Positions 40,887 through 49,918 of a DNA stretch of 64,000 bases are shown here, one piece after another; position 1 is the stretch's first letter, and each line of letters opens with the position of its first letter. Under the pieces are notes generated by a model. The model had not been told where the DNA came from and searched no databases. It was given only the letters and a program-made list of their open reading frames with translations. A program made the translations under genes and the position numbers. The stretch lies in assembly GCA_963822965.1 (NCBI GenBank), contig CAWGJT010000010.1, positions 640,001-704,000 on the forward strand, in the 5' to 3' direction. Source of the stretch: an uncultured delta proteobacterium. GTDB lineage: Bacteria > Myxococcota_A > UBA9160 > UBA4427.

Positions 40887-41819
40887 TCAGTCGCGCAGCG
40901 CTCGGCCGGTGAGCTCGAGGAAGACGTCCTCGAGGTCGGGCTCCACCACCTCGACGCGGCTGGGGGCGAGGCGGGCCTCGATCAGCGCGTGCAGCAGGGC
41001 CGGCACGCAGTCAGAACCGTCGTCGCCGAAGACGGTCAGGTGCTCCTCGGTCCAGTGCGCGGTGCGCACCCCCACCACCGCCCGGGCCACGTGCGCGGCA
41101 TGATCGGGCCGGCGATCCGTGCCGAACGCGAGCTCGATGCGCGCGTCGCCCCGGAGCCGGTCGACGAGCTGGCGTCGGGTGCCCTCCGCGATCAGGCGAC
41201 CGCCGTCGATGATGCCCACCCGGTCGCACAGGCGCTCGGCCTCCTCCATGTAGTGGGTGGTGTACAGGATGGCGACGCCCTCGCTCCGCAGGCGCTCCAG
41301 CAGGTCGAAGATGGCGCTGCGGCTCTGGGGATCGACGCCTGCCGTGGGCTCGTCCAGGGTGAGGAGGCCTGGGCCGTGCAGCAGCCCCGCCACGAGGTTG
41401 AGGCGCCGCTGCATGCCGCCCGAGAAGGTCGCGACCCGGTCGTCCGCGCGGTCCGCGAGCCCCACGGACGCGAGCGCCTCGTCGACCGCCTTCGTGAGCG
41501 CCGCGCCGCGCAGCTCGTACATGCGGCCCCAGAAGTACAGGTTCTCCCGGGCGGTGAGATCCTGATAGAGGGTGATCGCCTGGGGGACGAGGCCCATGCG
41601 CCGGCGCGCGGGGGGGCCTTCGTCGAGATCGATGCCGTCCACCACGACGCGGCCGCCGTCGCGGGGCAGCACGCCGGTGATCATCGAGATCGTGGTCGTC
41701 TTGCCCGCACCGTTCGGCCCCAGCAGGCCGTAGATCTCGCCGGCCTCGATGTGGAAGCCCACGTCCGACACGGCCTGCCGCTCTCCGAATCGCTTCCGGA
41801 GCCCTTCGGCGATCAGCAT
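40887..41819 (-). CDS. ABC transporter ATP-binding protein (exporter)
   Basis: GPNGAGKT, FSGGMQRR, LDEPTAGVDP, TTHYMEEAE, C-terminal LEDVFLELTG. Confidence 0.95.
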   Translation of the reverse strand: MLIAEGLRKRFGERQAVSDVGFHIEAGEIYGLLGPNGAGKTTTISMITGVLPRDGGRVVVDGIDLDEGPPARRRMGLVPQAITLYQDLTARENLYFWGRMYELRGAALTKAVDEALASVGLADRADDRVATFSGGMQRRLNLVAGLLHGPGLLTLDEPTAGVDPQSRSAIFDLLERLRSEGVAILYTTHYMEEAERLCDRVGIIDGGRLIAEGTRRQLVDRLRGDARIELAFGTDRRPDHAAHVARAVVGVRTAHWTEEHLTVFGDDGSDCVPALLHALIEARLAPSRVEVVEPDLEDVFLELTGRALRD

Positions 41820-41924
41820 GCCCGCCCTCCGCGCCAGCCAGGGCAGGATAGCTTCGGGCGAGGGGCCTGCGACCCGCCGCGCTGCAGGCGCGCGCCTCCT
41901 GCGGTGCGGCTACTGCGGGGCGCC

Positions 41925-41954
41925 TATAGCAGGCGCGTATAGCAGGCGCCTGCT
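41925..41954. repeat. Direct repeat TATAGCAGGCGC x2 overlapping a perfect 14-bp palindrome AGCAGGCGCCTGCT
   Basis: Copies at 41925 and 41938; palindrome at 41941-41954. Confidence 0.7.
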
Positions 41955-41963
41955 GGAGGGCGC

Positions 41964-42611
41964 CTATTCGAGGCCAAAGACGTCGAAGCTCTGCATCGGC
42001 AGGAAGTCGTACGCCGCTACGTGCCGGTAGCGGGCGGCCTCCAGCTCGCGAACGAGCTGGCCGTCCGGCAGGATGTGCCCCTTCGGAATGAACAGACGTC
42101 CCTCGGGCTTGCCGTCGACGATGGCGATCCGGGCACCGGGGCGCAGGTCTTCGCGCAGCCGTTCGAGGTAGCGCACGCGGTCTTCGAAGTGGTGGTAGGC
42201 GTTGCAGAAGAAGACCAGGTCGACGGAGGCGTCCGGAAGCCGGGGGTCGTCTTCCCGCGCCTGCACCACCTCGATGTTCGAGTAGCCCCGCTGCCGGACG
42301 CGCCGCTCCAGCGCGGCCACCTTCCCCGGATCGAGCTCCACCGCGTAGACGCGTCCCTCGGGGCCCACCGCGTCGGCGAAGTAGAAGCTGAAGTAGCCGT
42401 CACCCGCGCCCAGGTCGGCCACGCGGTCGCCCGGCTGGAGCGCCAGGCTCTCGATCACCCGGTCCGTACGCTGCCAGCCCTGGCGGCTGAAGAGGTGTCC
42501 GTAGTCCATGCGGCTGAGGACGTGGCAGCCGGTCACGACGGGAAGCACGGCGGCGCCCAGAAGGGCGGGCAGACGTGCGATGCGGGGGCTTCGGGAGGGG
42601 GCCGAGCTCAT
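41964..42611 (-). CDS. Class I SAM-dependent methyltransferase with putative lipoprotein signal
   Basis: VADLGAGDGYFS, VYAVE, SVDLVF..YHH, LRPGARIAIVD; N-terminal LLGAAVLPVVTGC; SD AAGGAG. Confidence 0.87.
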   Translation of the reverse strand: MSSAPSRSPRIARLPALLGAAVLPVVTGCHVLSRMDYGHLFSRQGWQRTDRVIESLALQPGDRVADLGAGDGYFSFYFADAVGPEGRVYAVELDPGKVAALERRVRQRGYSNIEVVQAREDDPRLPDASVDLVFFCNAYHHFEDRVRYLERLREDLRPGARIAIVDGKPEGRLFIPKGHILPDGQLVRELEAARYRHVAAYDFLPMQSFDVFGLE

Positions 42612-42721
42612 GCGAGGCTCCTTGCGATGTGCGCGCGAGGCGCGTCCGGGGTGTGCGGCGGGCAGGCTAACGCCCGCCCCGGGGCCCGGAAGGCTTCGCG
42701 TGATCGGCGGGACGGGTCTGT

Positions 42722-42772
42722 GACGAACGGGACGGCTGCGGGGACGAGCCGGTTTGTCGTGGGGGCGAACGG
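42722..42772 (-). promoter_or_regulatory. Candidate LytTR-binding array: three 9-bp direct repeats with 12-bp spacers
   Basis: Minus-strand CCGTTCGTC (42722-30), CGGCTCGTC (42743-51), CCGTTCGCC (42764-72); period 21 bp. Confidence 0.7.
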
Positions 42773-42780
42773 GGGCGAGA

Positions 42781-43743
42781 ATGGCCCCCGTGAACCCCGC
42801 GATCGACTGGCTGCGCGAGCCCCTGCGAGCGGATCTGTCCCTTCGCTGGCGGCTGCGCGCATACGCGGCGAGCGAGCTGGCGGTGCTGGTCAGCGTTCCG
42901 TTCCTGCACCTGTACCTGAGCGTGGATCTCACGGCCGCGGAGCTCGCGATCCACACCCTCGACATCGGCTTCGGCGCCCTGCTCGTGCTGGGGCTCTTCG
43001 AGGCGGGCATCTCCCTCTGGCAACGCAGCCTTCGGTGGAATCTCGCGCTGTCGCGAGCCGCGCTGATGGCGGGCGTGACGGCGGTGGCGGCGGGTCTCTT
43101 CTTGCTGCAGGCGAATCTCCACGACGTGCTGCCCGTGACCGCGCGCATCCGCGCCAAGCACGTGGACGCCGGCTACGGGGACATGTCGCTCCGGGTCCTG
43201 CCGCTGGTGCTGCTGATGGGCTGGGTGGTGGGCCAGGGCCTGCGCGAGCAGGCCCTGCGCCGGGAGCTCGAGGAGCTGCGGACGTTGAACGCGCGGCTCG
43301 CGCGGCTTCGACCCCGACGGGCAGGCGACCTGCCGCAGCCGGCGGACGATGTGCCGCGGCTGGCCGGCACCGGCGGCGGGGCGTCGGCCGGAGATCGGGT
43401 GGCCTTCCGCCACGAGGGGGGCGACCTGCTGCTCGAGACGCGGGCGATCACGCGCATCCAGGCCGAGGAGAACTACTGCCGTATCCACGCGACGGCGCCG
43501 GGCGCGAACGAGGAGCGGAGCTGGCTCGTCCGCACGACCCTCGCCGAGACCCTCGCCCGGCTTCCCGCCGCGCGCTTCCTGCAGGTGCACCGCTCCCACG
43601 TGGTCGGTCTGGCCCACGTGAGCGAGGTGCGACGGGAGGGGCGCCGCTACTCGCTGCGGGTCGGCACGGACGCCTGGGTTCCCGTGAGCCGTGGTCGGGT
43701 GGCGGACGTGCGGGCGCACGTCGTCGCCGGGCTGGAGGGCTGA
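42781..43743 (+). CDS. Membrane-anchored LytTR-family DNA-binding regulator
   Basis: Four N-terminal hydrophobic helices and no receiver domain; IQAEENYCRIH, TLAETLARL, FLQVHRSHVV, VPVSR. Confidence 0.88.
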   Translation: MAPVNPAIDWLREPLRADLSLRWRLRAYAASELAVLVSVPFLHLYLSVDLTAAELAIHTLDIGFGALLVLGLFEAGISLWQRSLRWNLALSRAALMAGVTAVAAGLFLLQANLHDVLPVTARIRAKHVDAGYGDMSLRVLPLVLLMGWVVGQGLREQALRRELEELRTLNARLARLRPRRAGDLPQPADDVPRLAGTGGGASAGDRVAFRHEGGDLLLETRAITRIQAEENYCRIHATAPGANEERSWLVRTTLAETLARLPAARFLQVHRSHVVGLAHVSEVRREGRRYSLRVGTDAWVPVSRGRVADVRAHVVAGLEG

Positions 43744-43744
43744 G

Positions 43745-44800
43745 TTGACGCGTCGCGCACTCGCCTTGCTGGCGTTCGTCCTCGTGGCGGCGGGTCATGC
43801 GGGCCCCGGCGCGGCGCATCCCCTGGCCCCCGCACTGCTCGAGCTGCGCGAGCTCGGCGGTGACCAGGTGGCGGTGCGCTTCAAGACCTCGGTCTTCGTC
43901 CGCTCGCAGCGCGCGGGCGAGGCGCTGGTGCCCGAGCTTCCGGACTCCTGCCGGGTGATCGAGCAGGAGCCTGCCCGGGTGGCCGGCGGCGGGCGCACGG
44001 TCCGCTTTCGGGCGTCCTGTCCGGGAGGGCTGGTGGGACGGAGGGTCGGCGTCGGCGGTCTCGACGCCAACGGCATCGATGCGTTGCTGCGGGTCGAGCT
44101 CGTCGACGGTCGGAGCCTGCAGCGGGTGCTGCACGCCGGTCGAGCGAGCCTCGTCGTCCCCGCGCGCCCGGGCTCGTGGGCGGTGTTCGTCTCCTATGCC
44201 GAGATGGGCGCGCGGCACATCTTCACGGGCCCCGATCACCTGCTCTTCGTGTTCGGTCTCGTGCTGCTGGTGGCGCCCGGCGCGGGCTACGTGAGGCGGC
44301 TCCTGGTCACGCTCTCCGCCTTCACCCTGGGGCATTGCGTGACCCTGAGTCTGGCAGCGCTGCGCTGGGTGCGGGTTCCGAGCGGACCCGTCGAGCTCCT
44401 GATCGCGGTCAGCGTGCTGGTGCTGGCGGTGGAGCTGGCCCGCAACGAGGGGGGGACGCGTTCCCGCGCGCTTCCCTGGCTGCTGGCGGGCAGCTTCGGC
44501 CTGCTGCACGGGCTCGGGTTCGCGGGTGCCCTGCTGGAGGCCGGTCTGCCCGCCGGCGACGTGCCGCTGGCGCTCGTTTCGTTCAACGTGGGCATCGAGG
44601 TGGGACAGGTGTTCGTGGTGGCGGGGGTGCTGTCGGGCCGGACGGCCTTCCGGGTGGTGCGCTCCCGGCTGCCCCGCGTCGACGGGCGAGCGGGCCGAGC
44701 CGCCTGGCCCGCCGTCGTGGCGCGCCGGCTTCCCGCCTACGCGTTGGGCTCACTGGCCGCCATGTGGTGCCTGGAGCGCGCCGTTCGGCTGCTCGGTTGA
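43745..44800 (+). CDS. HupE/UreJ family membrane protein
   Basis: Signal peptide then His; HIFTGPDHLLF, AFTLGHCVTL, FGLLHGLGFAG, FNVGIEVGQ. Confidence 0.9.
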   Translation: MTRRALALLAFVLVAAGHAGPGAAHPLAPALLELRELGGDQVAVRFKTSVFVRSQRAGEALVPELPDSCRVIEQEPARVAGGGRTVRFRASCPGGLVGRRVGVGGLDANGIDALLRVELVDGRSLQRVLHAGRASLVVPARPGSWAVFVSYAEMGARHIFTGPDHLLFVFGLVLLVAPGAGYVRRLLVTLSAFTLGHCVTLSLAALRWVRVPSGPVELLIAVSVLVLAVELARNEGGTRSRALPWLLAGSFGLLHGLGFAGALLEAGLPAGDVPLALVSFNVGIEVGQVFVVAGVLSGRTAFRVVRSRLPRVDGRAGRAAWPAVVARRLPAYALGSLAAMWCLERAVRLLG

Positions 44801-44862
44801 GGAGCCCGACCGCGCGGGAGTCGCCGCGACTGCTACCCTGTGCGACCCGCCGGGAGACCCGC

Positions 44863-45882
44863 ATGCGCCTTCATCCGCAGATCGCGACCCTCGTCCAGGG
44901 CATGGCGAGCAACCCCGACGCGCGCCCCACCCATGAGCTCACGCCCAAGGAGGCGCGCGACGGCTACCGCGCGCTGGCGGCGATGCTGGGCCCGGGTCCC
45001 GAGGTCGCGGCGGTGGAGGACCGCGCGATTCCCGGCCCGGTGGGGGAGATCCCGGTGCGGATCTATCGCCCTTTGCAGCCTGCGGGCGACCGCCCGCCCG
45101 GGGTGCTCGTCTTCTACCACGGGGGCGGCTGGGTGATCGGCGATCTCGAGACCCACGATCGCGAGTGTCGGATGCTCTGCAACGGCGCCGGCTGCCTCGT
45201 GGTCGCCGTCGATTATCGCCTCGCGCCCGAGCATCCGTTTCCCGCGGCGGTGGACGACGCCTTCGCGGCGCTGCGCTGGGTGGCGCGAAACGCAGGCGAC
45301 CTGGGAGCAGACCCGTCGCGTCTCGCCGTGGGCGGGGACAGCGCGGGCGGCAACCTGTCGGCGGTGGTGAGTCTGCTGGCCCGGGACGCCGGCGGTCCGC
45401 CGCTCCGCTTCCAGCTGCTCATCTACCCGGCGGTCGACGCCCGGCCGGGAGATGCCTATCGCTCCCGGGTGCAGAACGCCGAGGCGCCGTTCCTGCCCCA
45501 GGCGACGGTCGACTACTTCATGGATCACTATCTTGGGAGCGCCGCAGGCGCTCCTCGGGCCGCAGGCGCTCCTCGGGCCGCAGGCGCTCCTCGGGCCGCA
45601 GGCGCTCCTGGAGGCGGCGTGCGCAACGATCCGCGCGTCTCTCCCCTCCTGGCCAGCTCGCACCGGGCGTTGCCGCCGGCGCTGGTGGTGACCGCCGAGC
45701 TCGACCCACTGCGGGACGAGGGAGAGGCCTACGCCCGTGCCCTCGAGGATGCGAACGTGCCCGTCCGGCTGCACCGCTACGACGGCATGCCCCACGTCTT
45801 CTTCCAGCTGAGCCCCATCGTCGACGACGGCCGGAAGATGATCGAAGAGGCGGCCGCCGCCCTGCGGGAGGCTCTGGCATGA
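44863..45882 (+). CDS. Alpha/beta hydrolase, HSL-family esterase
   Basis: HGGGW, DYRLAPEH, GDSAGG, DPLRDEG, HVF. Confidence 0.93.
   Translation: MRLHPQIATLVQGMASNPDARPTHELTPKEARDGYRALAAMLGPGPEVAAVEDRAIPGPVGEIPVRIYRPLQPAGDRPPGVLVFYHGGGWVIGDLETHDRECRMLCNGAGCLVVAVDYRLAPEHPFPAAVDDAFAALRWVARNAGDLGADPSRLAVGGDSAGGNLSAVVSLLARDAGGPPLRFQLLIYPAVDARPGDAYRSRVQNAEAPFLPQATVDYFMDHYLGSAAGAPRAAGAPRAAGAPRAAGAPGGGVRNDPRVSPLLASSHRALPPALVVTAELDPLRDEGEAYARALEDANVPVRLHRYDGMPHVFFQLSPIVDDGRKMIEEAAAALREALA
45541..45609 (+). repeat. In-frame 18-bp tandem repeat GCCGCAGGCGCTCCTCGG, about 3.8 copies (AAGAPR)n
   Basis: Identical units at 45541, 45559, 45577 and a partial unit at 45595. Confidence 0.95.
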
Positions 45883-45989
45883 GCGTCGCGCGGGGCGAGC
45901 GCGACCGGGGCGCGGTCGGGACGGGGCACAGCACCGGAAGCGGTCCGGCCGCAGACACGGAAGGCGGCAACGGGAGGAGTCGAACTTGA
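45879..45989 (+). CDS. Possible 36-aa bridging ORF between the esterase and the SDR
   Basis: GGGAGG before ATG; ATGA overlap with esterase stop and TTGA overlap with SDR start. Confidence 0.35.
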   Translation: MSVARGERDRGAVGTGHSTGSGPAADTEGGNGRSRT

Positions 45990-46765
45990 TCCTGGAAGGC
46001 AAGACGGTGGCGATCTGCGGTGTGGGGCCCGGCCTGGGGCGAGAGGTCGCCGAGCGCGCCCTGCGCGACGGCGCCCGGGTGGTGCTGGCGGCGCGCACGG
46101 CGGCCAAGCTCGAAGCCACGGCCAAGGAGCTCGATCCGTCGGGTGAGTCGGTGGCCTGGGTGCCGACGGACCTGACCGACGAGGCCCAGTGCCGAGCCCT
46201 CGCGAAGGCCGCGGTCGAGCGCTTCGGCCGACTGGACGCCGTCGTGCAGGTGGCGGCCCTGGACACGGTCTTCGGATCCCTGGCCGAGAGCCCGCTCGAG
46301 GACTTCGAGCGCACCTTCGACACCAACGTGCTGGGGCCGGTGCGCCTGGCCCGGGCCGTCGCCCCCATCATGAAGCAGGGGGGCGGCGGGGCCATCGTGC
46401 TGGTCGGCTCCCAGGTGATGTTCCTGCCCCAGACCCCCCAGATCGCCTACGCCGCCTCGAAGGGCGGGCTGCTCTCCGCCATGTACTACATGGCCAACGA
46501 GCTGGGACCCCAGAAGATCCGCGTGAACATGGTGGTACCCACCTGGATGTGGGGGCCGCCGGTCGCCATGTACGTGAAGATGACGGCGAAGCAGCGCGGC
46601 GTGTCCGAGGACGTGGTGAAGGGCGAGATCACCGCGCGAATGCCCCTGGGCGAGATTCCGGCGGACGAAGACGTGGCGGACGCGATCGTGTTCCTGGCCT
46701 CGGACCGGGCGCGCATGATCACCGGCCAGAGCCTGCTGGTGAACGCCGGCGAGCTGATGCGCTGA
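45986..46765 (+). CDS. Short-chain dehydrogenase/reductase
   Basis: CGVGPGLG, YAASKGG, IRVNMVVP, ITGQSLLVNAG; SD GGAGG before TTG. Confidence 0.9.
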   Translation: MILEGKTVAICGVGPGLGREVAERALRDGARVVLAARTAAKLEATAKELDPSGESVAWVPTDLTDEAQCRALAKAAVERFGRLDAVVQVAALDTVFGSLAESPLEDFERTFDTNVLGPVRLARAVAPIMKQGGGGAIVLVGSQVMFLPQTPQIAYAASKGGLLSAMYYMANELGPQKIRVNMVVPTWMWGPPVAMYVKMTAKQRGVSEDVVKGEITARMPLGEIPADEDVADAIVFLASDRARMITGQSLLVNAGELMR

Positions 46766-46808
46766 GCGGCGGCGAGCCGTTCGAGGGCTGCGAGAAGGGA
46801 GAAGTGCC

Positions 46809-47483
46809 GTGATCGATCTCACGCGCAAGGGCTCGGTGTTCGTGCTGGCGATGCGCGCCGGTGAGAACCGCTTCAACCGCGACTTCCTGACGGAGCTGAA
46901 CGCCACGCTCGACGAGGTGGAGCGCGCAGACGGTCCCGCGGCCCTGGTGACGGTGGGGGAGGGGAAGTTCTACTCGAACGGCCTCGACCTCGACTGGCTC
47001 ACGAAGCAGCCGCTGGACGTGGTGGGGTCGTTCCTGGCCGACTTCGAGAAGCTCTTCGCGCGACTGCTCGCGTTTCCGATGATCACGGTGGCGGCGCTCA
47101 ACGGCCACACCTTCGCCGGGGGAGCGATGTTCTCCCTGGCCCACGACTTCCGGGTGATGCGCACCGATCGGGGCTACTGGTGTCTGCCGGAGGTCGACCT
47201 CGGCATGCCCCTGCGACCGGGCATGAACGCGCTCATCACGTCTCGTCTGCCCAATCCCACATTCCACGAGGCGATCGTCACGGGGCGGCGATACGATGCC
47301 GAGGCGGCGCGCACCGCGTCGATCGTCGAGGAGACGGCACCCGAGGACGGGGTGCTGTCGGCGGCCGTCGCCCGGGCCGAGCCCCACGCCGGAAAGAGCC
47401 GGCAGGCGCTGGTGGCGCTGAAGCGCGAGATGTACCGCGACACGCTGGCAGCCCTCGAGGCGGGCGCGCCGCACGAGGGCTGA
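46809..47483 (+). CDS. Enoyl-CoA delta-isomerase-like crotonase
   Basis: ENRFN, KFYSNGLDL, NGHTFAGG, HDFRVMR, LPEVDLG. Confidence 0.9.
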   Translation: MIDLTRKGSVFVLAMRAGENRFNRDFLTELNATLDEVERADGPAALVTVGEGKFYSNGLDLDWLTKQPLDVVGSFLADFEKLFARLLAFPMITVAALNGHTFAGGAMFSLAHDFRVMRTDRGYWCLPEVDLGMPLRPGMNALITSRLPNPTFHEAIVTGRRYDAEAARTASIVEETAPEDGVLSAAVARAEPHAGKSRQALVALKREMYRDTLAALEAGAPHEG

Positions 47484-47587
47484 GCCCTCCTCGAGGCGTC
47501 GGGACGATCGCCGATGGGTACTGTACGGGAGCCGGATCGGGCGCAGGGCGAAGCGCCCGGAAGCAGCAGGGCAAGGAGCGAGTCGCG

Positions 47588-49042
47588 GTGAGTGCCGACG
47601 CCACATCGATTCCCGAGGAGGTCCTGGCCGCCAGCGACGTGGCGCGCATCTGGATGCGTCACCTCGTCTCGCTGCTGCTGCCGGTGAACGCCCTGGTGTT
47701 CCTCTTCACGGGGCCCCACGTGTGGTACGTCGCGCCGTGGTTCATGCTGCCCGTCGTGTTCGCCTTCGTGGTCGATCGCAGCGACCGCGTGGAGCGGCGA
47801 CAGCCCGCCGCCGATCTGCCCGCCTGGCCCTTCGACGCGCTCGTCTACTTCCTGGGCTTGCTGCAGCTCGCGGCGGTGTTCGGGATCGGGCACCTGTTCG
47901 CCGCCCAGGACCTCTTCTCGGTGGACATGGTGGTGCTCGTCACCGTGGTGGGCGGCAGCTCGGGCTTCTCGATCATCACCGCCCACGAGCTGATCCACCG
48001 GCGAAAGCCCTGGGAGCGGCTCTTCGGGCGCCTGCTGCTGTGCACGGTGCTGCAGGAGCACTTCTTCACGGAGCACCTGCGCGGCCACCACGTGCGGGTG
48101 GGAACGCCGGAGGATCCCGCCACGGCGCGATTCGGGGAGTCCTACCGGGACTTCTACCGGCGCACCGTGCCGGCCCAGCTGCGCAGCGCCTGGCGTCTCG
48201 AGAAGAAGCGCCTGGGCGATCCCGAGATGTCGCTCTTCGACGCGCGCATGCTCCGCAATCGCATCCTGCACGGCGCCGCCGTGGGCTGGGGGATGGCCTT
48301 CGCGCTGGCGCTCACCTGCGGCTGGGTGGCCTTCGCGGCGTTCGTGGTACAGGCCTTCTTCGCGTCGCGCCTGCTCGAGGCCGTGAACTACTTCGAGCAC
48401 TGGGGGCTCATGCGGAGCGGGACGCGCGTGCGGCCCCGGGATTCCTGGGACACCCATTCGTGGTTCACCTACTACGGGCTCACGGGCCTCTCCCGGCACG
48501 CGGACCACCATTACGAGCCCACCCGGCCGTTCCAGCAGCTGCGGGTGCAGGAGGGCGTCCCCATGCTGCCCAGCGGCTACGTGGTGACCACCGACTGGGT
48601 GATGGCGAAGAACGACGAGTTCCAGCGCCTGGCCGCCGCGGAGCTGAAGCGCTGTCGACTGGGGCCCTTCGCGCCCGGCGCACCGGAGGAAGCCGCGGCC
48701 GCCGCGGAGGCGTGGCTAAAGGCACCGCCCTCGAGCCCGGCTACGGGATGGCGCGGCGCCTGGCAGGGCCTGCCCGCTTGGCTGCGCGCCAGCGCGGTGG
48801 CGACGCTCTTCCTGCTGGGCGTCACCCTGGGCGCGCGCCTGCTGGGCGGCGCCGCCGGGGCGGGCTTCCTGGCGCACCTGGCAACGAACGCGTGGATCCT
48901 GGCGGCGTTCGTCGCCGCCTTCCGGCTGCAGAAGCGCATCGAGGACTCGGGCAGCGGACCGCTGCTGGCCTGGTCGATCGCCCTCTCGCTGCTCGTCGCG
49001 ATCGGTCTCGCGGGGCAGTGGCTGGGCTCGCTCTTCGTCTGA
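47588..49042 (+). CDS. alkB: AlkB-like alkane 1-monooxygenase family di-iron enzyme with extra C-terminal TM region
   Basis: AHELIH, EHLRGHH, TPEDPATARFGES, NYFEHWGL, LSRHADHH; SD AAGGAG. Confidence 0.8.
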   Translation: MSADATSIPEEVLAASDVARIWMRHLVSLLLPVNALVFLFTGPHVWYVAPWFMLPVVFAFVVDRSDRVERRQPAADLPAWPFDALVYFLGLLQLAAVFGIGHLFAAQDLFSVDMVVLVTVVGGSSGFSIITAHELIHRRKPWERLFGRLLLCTVLQEHFFTEHLRGHHVRVGTPEDPATARFGESYRDFYRRTVPAQLRSAWRLEKKRLGDPEMSLFDARMLRNRILHGAAVGWGMAFALALTCGWVAFAAFVVQAFFASRLLEAVNYFEHWGLMRSGTRVRPRDSWDTHSWFTYYGLTGLSRHADHHYEPTRPFQQLRVQEGVPMLPSGYVVTTDWVMAKNDEFQRLAAAELKRCRLGPFAPGAPEEAAAAAEAWLKAPPSSPATGWRGAWQGLPAWLRASAVATLFLLGVTLGARLLGGAAGAGFLAHLATNAWILAAFVAAFRLQKRIEDSGSGPLLAWSIALSLLVAIGLAGQWLGSLFV

Positions 49043-49062
49043 CGGCGGGGCTCGGGCCCGCT

Positions 49063-49881
49063 TCAGCGCCGCCAGTCCGGGTGCAGCCCGTGCTTCAGCG
49101 CGTGCTTCTGGGCGAAGACCGTCTGACCGTTCCAGTCGGCGGCGGCGGGGTCGGTGGCGAGCCAGGCGATGACGGCAGCCGGCACCGACGGGGGCGCCGG
49201 CCGCTGGTACTTCTCGAGGGCGCCGTCCGGGTCGTTGAGCCGCATCGCCTCGGTCATCACGAAGCCGGGCTCCACGTTGTAGAAGCAGACGCCACTGTCG
49301 CGGTGCTCGACCGCCAGGACGCCCACCAGCCGGTGGAAGGCCCCCTTCGAGGCGCCGTACGCGAAGCCCCAGCCCCCCTCGCCCGCCGGGGCCGGCGGAT
49401 CGGCGAGGCCCGCGCCCGACACCATGTCGATCACACAGCCGCTGCCGCGCTCGAGAAGCCCGGGTAGCACCCGCGCCGTGAGCTGGATCTGCGAGAAGAC
49501 GTTGCCCTGGAAGAGCGCCTCCACCTCGGCGAGATCGAGGTCGAGGAAGCGCTGCATGGACGCCGGGCCGGTGTAGATGCCGTTGTTCAGGAGCAGGTCG
49601 ATCCGGCCCCAGCGCGCGAGTGTCTCGTCTACCGCGGCGTCGATGGACGCGCGGTCCAGCAGGTCGAGGCGCAGGGGGAGGGCTTCTCGGCCCGCGTCCC
49701 GCACGGCGGCGGCGGTGGTCTCGAGGCTGCCCGGCAGGGGCCGGCCGTCCGCGGTCTCCCCTTCCTTCACGGTGCGTGCGGTGACCACCACGTCGAAGCC
49801 CTTGCGGGCCAGGGCGATGGACGCCGCCGCGCCGATGCCCCGGCTCGCCCCGGTCACGAATGCTACCCGCCGCTCGCTCAT
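49063..49881 (-). CDS. Short-chain dehydrogenase/reductase
   Basis: TGASRGIG, LLNNG, YGASK. Confidence 0.9.
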   Translation of the reverse strand: MSERRVAFVTGASRGIGAAASIALARKGFDVVVTARTVKEGETADGRPLPGSLETTAAAVRDAGREALPLRLDLLDRASIDAAVDETLARWGRIDLLLNNGIYTGPASMQRFLDLDLAEVEALFQGNVFSQIQLTARVLPGLLERGSGCVIDMVSGAGLADPPAPAGEGGWGFAYGASKGAFHRLVGVLAVEHRDSGVCFYNVEPGFVMTEAMRLNDPDGALEKYQRPAPPSVPAAVIAWLATDPAAADWNGQTVFAQKHALKHGLHPDWRR

Positions 49882-49918
49882 CCCGATGCCTCCCGACCCT
49901 GCCCGCCCGCCGGCGGGA

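Noticed and set aside
45541..45609. Possible CRISPR array
   Set aside because: Head-to-tail 18-bp units with no spacers, in frame within a gene, and no cas genes
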